Of a DNA stretch of 48,152 bases, positions 45,110 to 48,152 are shown one piece after another; position 1 is the first letter of the stretch, and each line of letters begins with the position of its first letter. The stretch comes from Verrucomicrobiia bacterium (lineage in GTDB: Bacteria > Verrucomicrobiota > Verrucomicrobiia > Verrucomicrobiales > Akkermansiaceae): contig CANHKJ010000001.1 in assembly GCA_947460915.1 (NCBI GenBank), positions 1 to 48,152 on the forward strand, in the 5' to 3' direction. The notes beneath the pieces are model-generated. The model ran no database searches and was not told where the DNA came from. It saw only the letters and a list, made by a program, of their open reading frames with translations. Position numbers and translations under genes: made by a program.

Positions 45110-45919
45110 ATGTCAGATCTTTTTCCTGCAGACACATTTTCCCGCTTGCGTGTGACTTTTCTTGGCACGGGCACATCGACGGGTGTGCCCGTGATTGGCT
45201 GTGACTGTGCTGTTTGCCGATCCACCGACCCGCGTAACCAGCGCTTCCGTTCCTCCCTCTGGGTGCAAACGGAGCGCGCTTCGGTTCTCGTCGATGCTGG
45301 ACCTGATTTGCGGATGCAAGCCTTGCGGGCGAAGATCAAAAATGTCGATGCCGTGCTCTACACGCATGGACACATGGATCACGTCGTCGGCTTTGACGAA
45401 TTGCGCGCGTATTGCTGGAATCGCGACACCCCCTTACCGATGTATGCTAACCAAGGCTGCATGGATCAATTGCGCACGATGTTTGCGTGGGCCTTTGCCG
45501 ATACGAACATTTATCGCGGTTACATCAAGCCTGGCCCAGTGGTGTTTGATGGGCCATTTTTGTTAGAGGGGATTCAGGTCACACCCTTGCCCGTCTTACA
45601 TGGCAACGTCGAGACGCATGGATTTCTCTTTCGAAAAGAAGGGCACCGCAGCTTGGCTTACATTTCTGATGTGAAACGGGTCAGTCGTGAGGCGATGGAT
45701 GCCATTCATGGTTGCGACGTGCTGGTAATCGATGCTCTGCATCATCGCAGTCATCCGACCCACATGAACGTCACTGAGGCTCTAGAAGTGATTGATCAAG
45801 CTCAGCCACAGCTCGCTTACTTCACCCATTGCTCGCATGAAATCGATCACGCCCAGCTCGAAAAAACATTGCCTGCGTCAGTGCGCATCGCTTATGATAC
45901 TCTCACCATCGATCTATGA
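45110..45919 (+). CDS. MBL-fold metallo-hydrolase (PhnP/GPMI-like phosphodiesterase type)
   Basis: RVTFLGTGTSTGVPVIGCDCAVCRS..DPRN.R.RSS, then YTHGHMDH. Start at the ATG at 45110. Confidence 0.8.
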   Translation: MSDLFPADTFSRLRVTFLGTGTSTGVPVIGCDCAVCRSTDPRNQRFRSSLWVQTERASVLVDAGPDLRMQALRAKIKNVDAVLYTHGHMDHVVGFDELRAYCWNRDTPLPMYANQGCMDQLRTMFAWAFADTNIYRGYIKPGPVVFDGPFLLEGIQVTPLPVLHGNVETHGFLFRKEGHRSLAYISDVKRVSREAMDAIHGCDVLVIDALHHRSHPTHMNVTEALEVIDQAQPQLAYFTHCSHEIDHAQLEKTLPASVRIAYDTLTIDL

Positions 45920-47520
45920 AAAATATCCGCCACACCTGTAGTCTGATCCTTTTTCTCTTCAGTGCTGCCTTTGCTTGTGCCGCCTCGATCGATCCTGCTC
46001 GCGTTGCGGTGGTGTTCAATCAATCGCTACCCGAATCCGTCGAGTTAGCTCGCAGCTATCAAAAAGCGCGCAGCATTCCTGAGTCTAACATGATTGGTTT
46101 GGAACTACCTGATCGAGAGGAAATCACCCGCGCAGAATATCAGAAGATGCTCGAAAAACCTCTGCGCGATTTGTTTGATAAAAATCGTTGGTGGAAGCGT
46201 GGTCGCACGCCGGAAGGTGTCATCGTTGCAGGGGAAAATCAGATTCAAGTGATGGTCACGATGCGCGGTGTTCCTTTGAAAATTTCACGGATCTCCAAGG
46301 CCGCACCGCCAGCCAGCGAAACCCAAAAAGATCCAGCACCGACTCCTGCGAATCCCGTGCAAGATGCCAATGAGGCCGCGGTCGATTCTGAGTTGGCGAT
46401 TTTGAGTTATGATGGGCATTCGTTAGACGGGCCGATCAAGAATCCGTATTTCGAAAGTAAAAGTTCCGTCGCCGAGGCGAAGCTGCCCTACATCATGTTA
46501 GTCGGCCGCATTGATAGCCCGAGCTTCGCGATTTGTAAGCGCATGATCAACGATGCTCAGCAAGCCGAGCGCACAGGTTTGTGGGGTCGCGCTTATGTCG
46601 ACATCGCGCAGTTTTATCCTGAAGGCGATGCTTGGCTGCGCAGTGTGGCGGCCCAGACGAGCGATGCTGGAATCCCGGTAGAAGTCCATGGCTGGAAGGA
46701 AGTTTTCCCCAAGCACTACCCTCTGCGCGATGTTTCCACCTATTTTGGTTGGTATGAATGGAACGTTTGCGGTCCTTTTGTGAAGCCTGGATTCACCTTG
46801 AAAACAGGAGCCGTTGCGGTGCATTTGCATAGCTTTAGCGCAGCGACTTTGCGCAGTGAGACAGCGAATTGGTGCGGTCCCTTATTGGCCAGAGGCGCGG
46901 CGGTCACGCTGGGAAATGTCTATGAGCCTTACCTCTCGATGACTCATCACTTTGATAAATTTCAGAAAAAATTGTTAGAAGGAGCTACTGTGGTCGAGGC
47001 CGCTTACTCCGCGATTCCCGTGTTGTCGTGGCAAGGCATCGTACTCGGTGATCCGCTCTATCGCCCCTATCTTCATCTCGATGCTAGTGGTGAAAAAGTC
47101 GTAGCAGACAGACCATACCGCGCCCTGCGTGTGGCGAAAATGCTCAATGCCGAGTCCGATAGCAAGTATCTCACTGAGATTGAACGCGTGGGCCGTGCGA
47201 AGAGCAATCCAATCTTTTTGGAATCGCTGGGCTTAATCCATTTGGCGCGCAAGCAAGATGCCAAGGCGCTGCAATTCATTCGTGAGGCAAAAGCATTTTA
47301 TGAAGAACCTGCCGATCGTTTGCGCTGTGAGATGCATTTCATCGGTGTGGATCGCGATGCAGGTCGTATCGCCATGGCTGTACGCGCATTGCGCAACGCC
47401 GAAACAACTTATGCTGGGATTCCCGAGATCGAAAGCGTGCGCTCCATGCTTGCTTTGCTCGCTCCTCCTCCGCCGCCACCAACTCCCGCGGGACAAAAAG
47501 CGCCGTTGCAGAAAAAATAA
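45916..47520 (+). CDS. Secreted hypothetical protein (534 aa) with a helical/TPR-like C-region and a Pro-rich tail. From memory it resembles the TIGR03790-type conserved hypothetical family
   Basis: Signal peptide ...LFLFSAAFACAAS. ATGA overlap with the MBL gene. The family assignment is unverified. Confidence 0.55.
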   Translation: MKNIRHTCSLILFLFSAAFACAASIDPARVAVVFNQSLPESVELARSYQKARSIPESNMIGLELPDREEITRAEYQKMLEKPLRDLFDKNRWWKRGRTPEGVIVAGENQIQVMVTMRGVPLKISRISKAAPPASETQKDPAPTPANPVQDANEAAVDSELAILSYDGHSLDGPIKNPYFESKSSVAEAKLPYIMLVGRIDSPSFAICKRMINDAQQAERTGLWGRAYVDIAQFYPEGDAWLRSVAAQTSDAGIPVEVHGWKEVFPKHYPLRDVSTYFGWYEWNVCGPFVKPGFTLKTGAVAVHLHSFSAATLRSETANWCGPLLARGAAVTLGNVYEPYLSMTHHFDKFQKKLLEGATVVEAAYSAIPVLSWQGIVLGDPLYRPYLHLDASGEKVVADRPYRALRVAKMLNAESDSKYLTEIERVGRAKSNPIFLESLGLIHLARKQDAKALQFIREAKAFYEEPADRLRCEMHFIGVDRDAGRIAMAVRALRNAETTYAGIPEIESVRSMLALLAPPPPPPTPAGQKAPLQKK

Positions 47521-47586
47521 CATGACAGAATTTCGTCTATCGTTTGTCCCTTGAGTCGTCATTATTTTCACACACAATTTTTCCTT

Positions 47587-48152
47587 ATGTATCTTGGTAT
47601 TGATAGTTCTACACAGTCGTTGAGCGGAATGGTGCTCGAACCCGCATCTGGCCGCATCGTTTGCGAGGCCTCGGTCAATTTTGGCGCGGATCTCCCGCAG
47701 TATGGAGCTCCTAGCGGATTCATTCCTGGTGGGGCAAATGGCGAAGTTCACTCGGATCCTCGCATGTGGTTGGAGGCACTCGATGAAATGCTTTCGCGTC
47801 TCGGTAAACAAGTCGATCTCTCCTCGATCAAAGCAATTGGTGGCAGCGGACAACAACACGGCTCGGTGTATCTGAATGCTTCTTTTGTTCCGTGTCTCGC
47901 GAGCTTGCGTGCCGATTCTGATTTGCGTAGCCAACTTGACGATTGCTTCTCGCGCTCCACCTCGCCGATCTGGATGGATACCTCGACTTCCACGCAATGT
48001 GCCGAAATGGCTGCTGCCGTTGGTGGAAATGCCGAAGTCTGTCGTCTAACGGGATCGATTGCCATTGAGCGATTCACCGGTTCTCAGATCCGCAAATTTT
48101 CGCAAATTGATGCCGCTGCCTATGCTCAAACCGAACGAGTGCATCTGGTGAG
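47587..48152 (+). CDS. xylB: FGGY-family carbohydrate kinase, xylulokinase-like (3' end lies outside the window)
   Basis: Not in the ORF track because it has no stop inside the window. My own translation from the ATG at 47587 reads MYLGIDSSTQSLSGMVLE...AIGGSGQQHGSVYLN...SPIWMDTSTS...ERFTGSQIRKF, open to base 48152. Confidence 0.82.
   Translation, partial: MYLGIDSSTQSLSGMVLEPASGRIVCEASVNFGADLPQYGAPSGFIPGGANGEVHSDPRMWLEALDEMLSRLGKQVDLSSIKAIGGSGQQHGSVYLNASFVPCLASLRADSDLRSQLDDCFSRSTSPIWMDTSTSTQCAEMAAAVGGNAEVCRLTGSIAIERFTGSQIRKFSQIDAAAYAQTERVHLV

Noticed and set aside
47233-47997. 254-aa ORF on the minus strand
   Set aside because: It is antisense to the end of the 45916..47520 gene and to the clearly homologous xylulokinase-like gene. 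Its Arg/Cys-rich composition is typical of shadow frames.

Overview
This 48 kb window looks like an ordinary chromosomal segment of moderate GC. It is densely coding and dominated by housekeeping genes. I saw no rRNA, tRNA, CRISPR array, transposase or integrase catalytic domain. All family assignments come from motifs I recognised by eye in the translations, not from database searches.

Recognisable genes:
- DNA repair and cell wall: recN, a class A penicillin-binding protein.
- Metabolism: ispF, an SDR oxidoreductase, a Cys/Met-type PLP enzyme, ppc, ilvD, acs, folB, an aldo/keto reductase, a PhnP-like MBL hydrolase, and a 3'-truncated xylulokinase-like gene that the ORF track misses.
- Translation and RNA: a PgpH-like HD membrane protein followed by ybeY, and an isolated rpsM-rpsK-rpsD block.
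- Envelope and stress: a YugP-type Zn peptidase, a HemQ/chlorite-dismutase-family gene, a small ferredoxin, a DUF721 (DciA-like) gene, a HAD hydrolase, a universal stress protein, and a P1B-type metal ATPase with SPC/HEGST motifs.
- A seven-gene MoxR / DUF58 / VWA 'Bat' aerotolerance-type operon with fused BatB-C-like and BatD-E-like genes.

The gene content and protein architectures suggest a Verrucomicrobiota-like organism. That is inference only.

Most interesting unexplained loci:
1. Two tandem, diverged but clearly conserved small basic Trp/His-rich paralogs in an AT-rich 1.1 kb gap (10874-11954). They resemble free-standing recombinase arm-type DNA-binding modules.
2. A triad of an active HtrA-like protease, an adjacent paralog that has lost the catalytic His and Ser and carries its PDZ inside the protease fold, and an uncharacterised polytopic membrane protein (32542-35523).
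3. A gene-poor ~1 kb gap with a 12 bp perfect inverted repeat (6366-7392).

I found no convincing defence island or mobile element. Most of the window is ordinary.
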